From assembly GCA_965153285.1 (NCBI GenBank), contig OZ229116.1: a DNA stretch of 64,000 bases. One strand, given 5' to 3'. This document shows positions 63,631 through 64,000 of this stretch, piece after piece. The position numbers and the translations under genes were made by a program. Positions within the stretch are counted from its first letter, which is position 1. Each line of letters starts with the position of its first letter. The stretch comes from Podarcis tiliguerta (taxonomy: Eukaryota). Below the pieces are notes generated by a model. It was given only the letters and a program-made list of their open reading frames with translations, did no database searches and was not told the DNA's origin.

Positions 63631-64000
63631 CCATTTGTGTGATAATCTCATTTGCTAGCTAACTCTTTCCCACCCACCCCTGATGTGCTAGGTAGACCTT
63701 GTGTAGGAAGTGGGTTCGTTTTGTTTTAGATGTGGTGGAACATTCACCCATGCGATTGCTTGCCTTCTTCTGAGACAGTGGAACTTCTCACACACAGATG
63801 TTGGGAACAGTCCTTTGTATGACATTCCCTAACACTGAAGTGAATGCAGCCACCCTCCTTGCATAGAATTTCATACGTATATTGCAGACACTTAGTGCTT
63901 TGGACTGCACCTACTGGCTGTGGTCATGCATCTAATTGCAATAAATCTTTTGACATCAGCCCAATGTACACTTAACAAGCAGGAAACTAGATGCGAGTTT

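Overview
Non-coding-looking vertebrate DNA, almost certainly from a squamate and probably a lacertid lizard. That call rests on Sauria/POM SINEs, Squam3-type SINEs and RTE Bov-B LINEs. I could not support any host protein-coding gene. The only ORFs with recognisable protein similarity are transposon remnants: Bov-B RT, L1 ORF2 C-termini, CR1 ORF2, L2 ORF2 and a DIRS tyrosine recombinase. The window holds many SINEs, 5'-truncated LINEs, TA-targeting Tc1/mariner-pogo MITEs, hAT MITEs with 8-bp TSDs, solo LTRs, microsatellites and one 164-N gap. Between them are long TE-free, TAAT-rich blocks that resemble conserved non-coding enhancers of a large intron or gene desert (inference). Most notable observations: (1) a MITE that appears to have captured a CpG-island/first-exon-like fragment; (2) two different hAT elements inserted in tandem at one 8-bp target, one carrying a promoter-motif-rich solo LTR; (3) a duplicated 41-nt micro-exon-like unit with mostly synonymous differences; (4) a nested CR1/MITE/DIRS/SINE/L2 cluster. 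I see no convincing evidence of a wholly new biological system. Family names come from motif recognition, not database searches.
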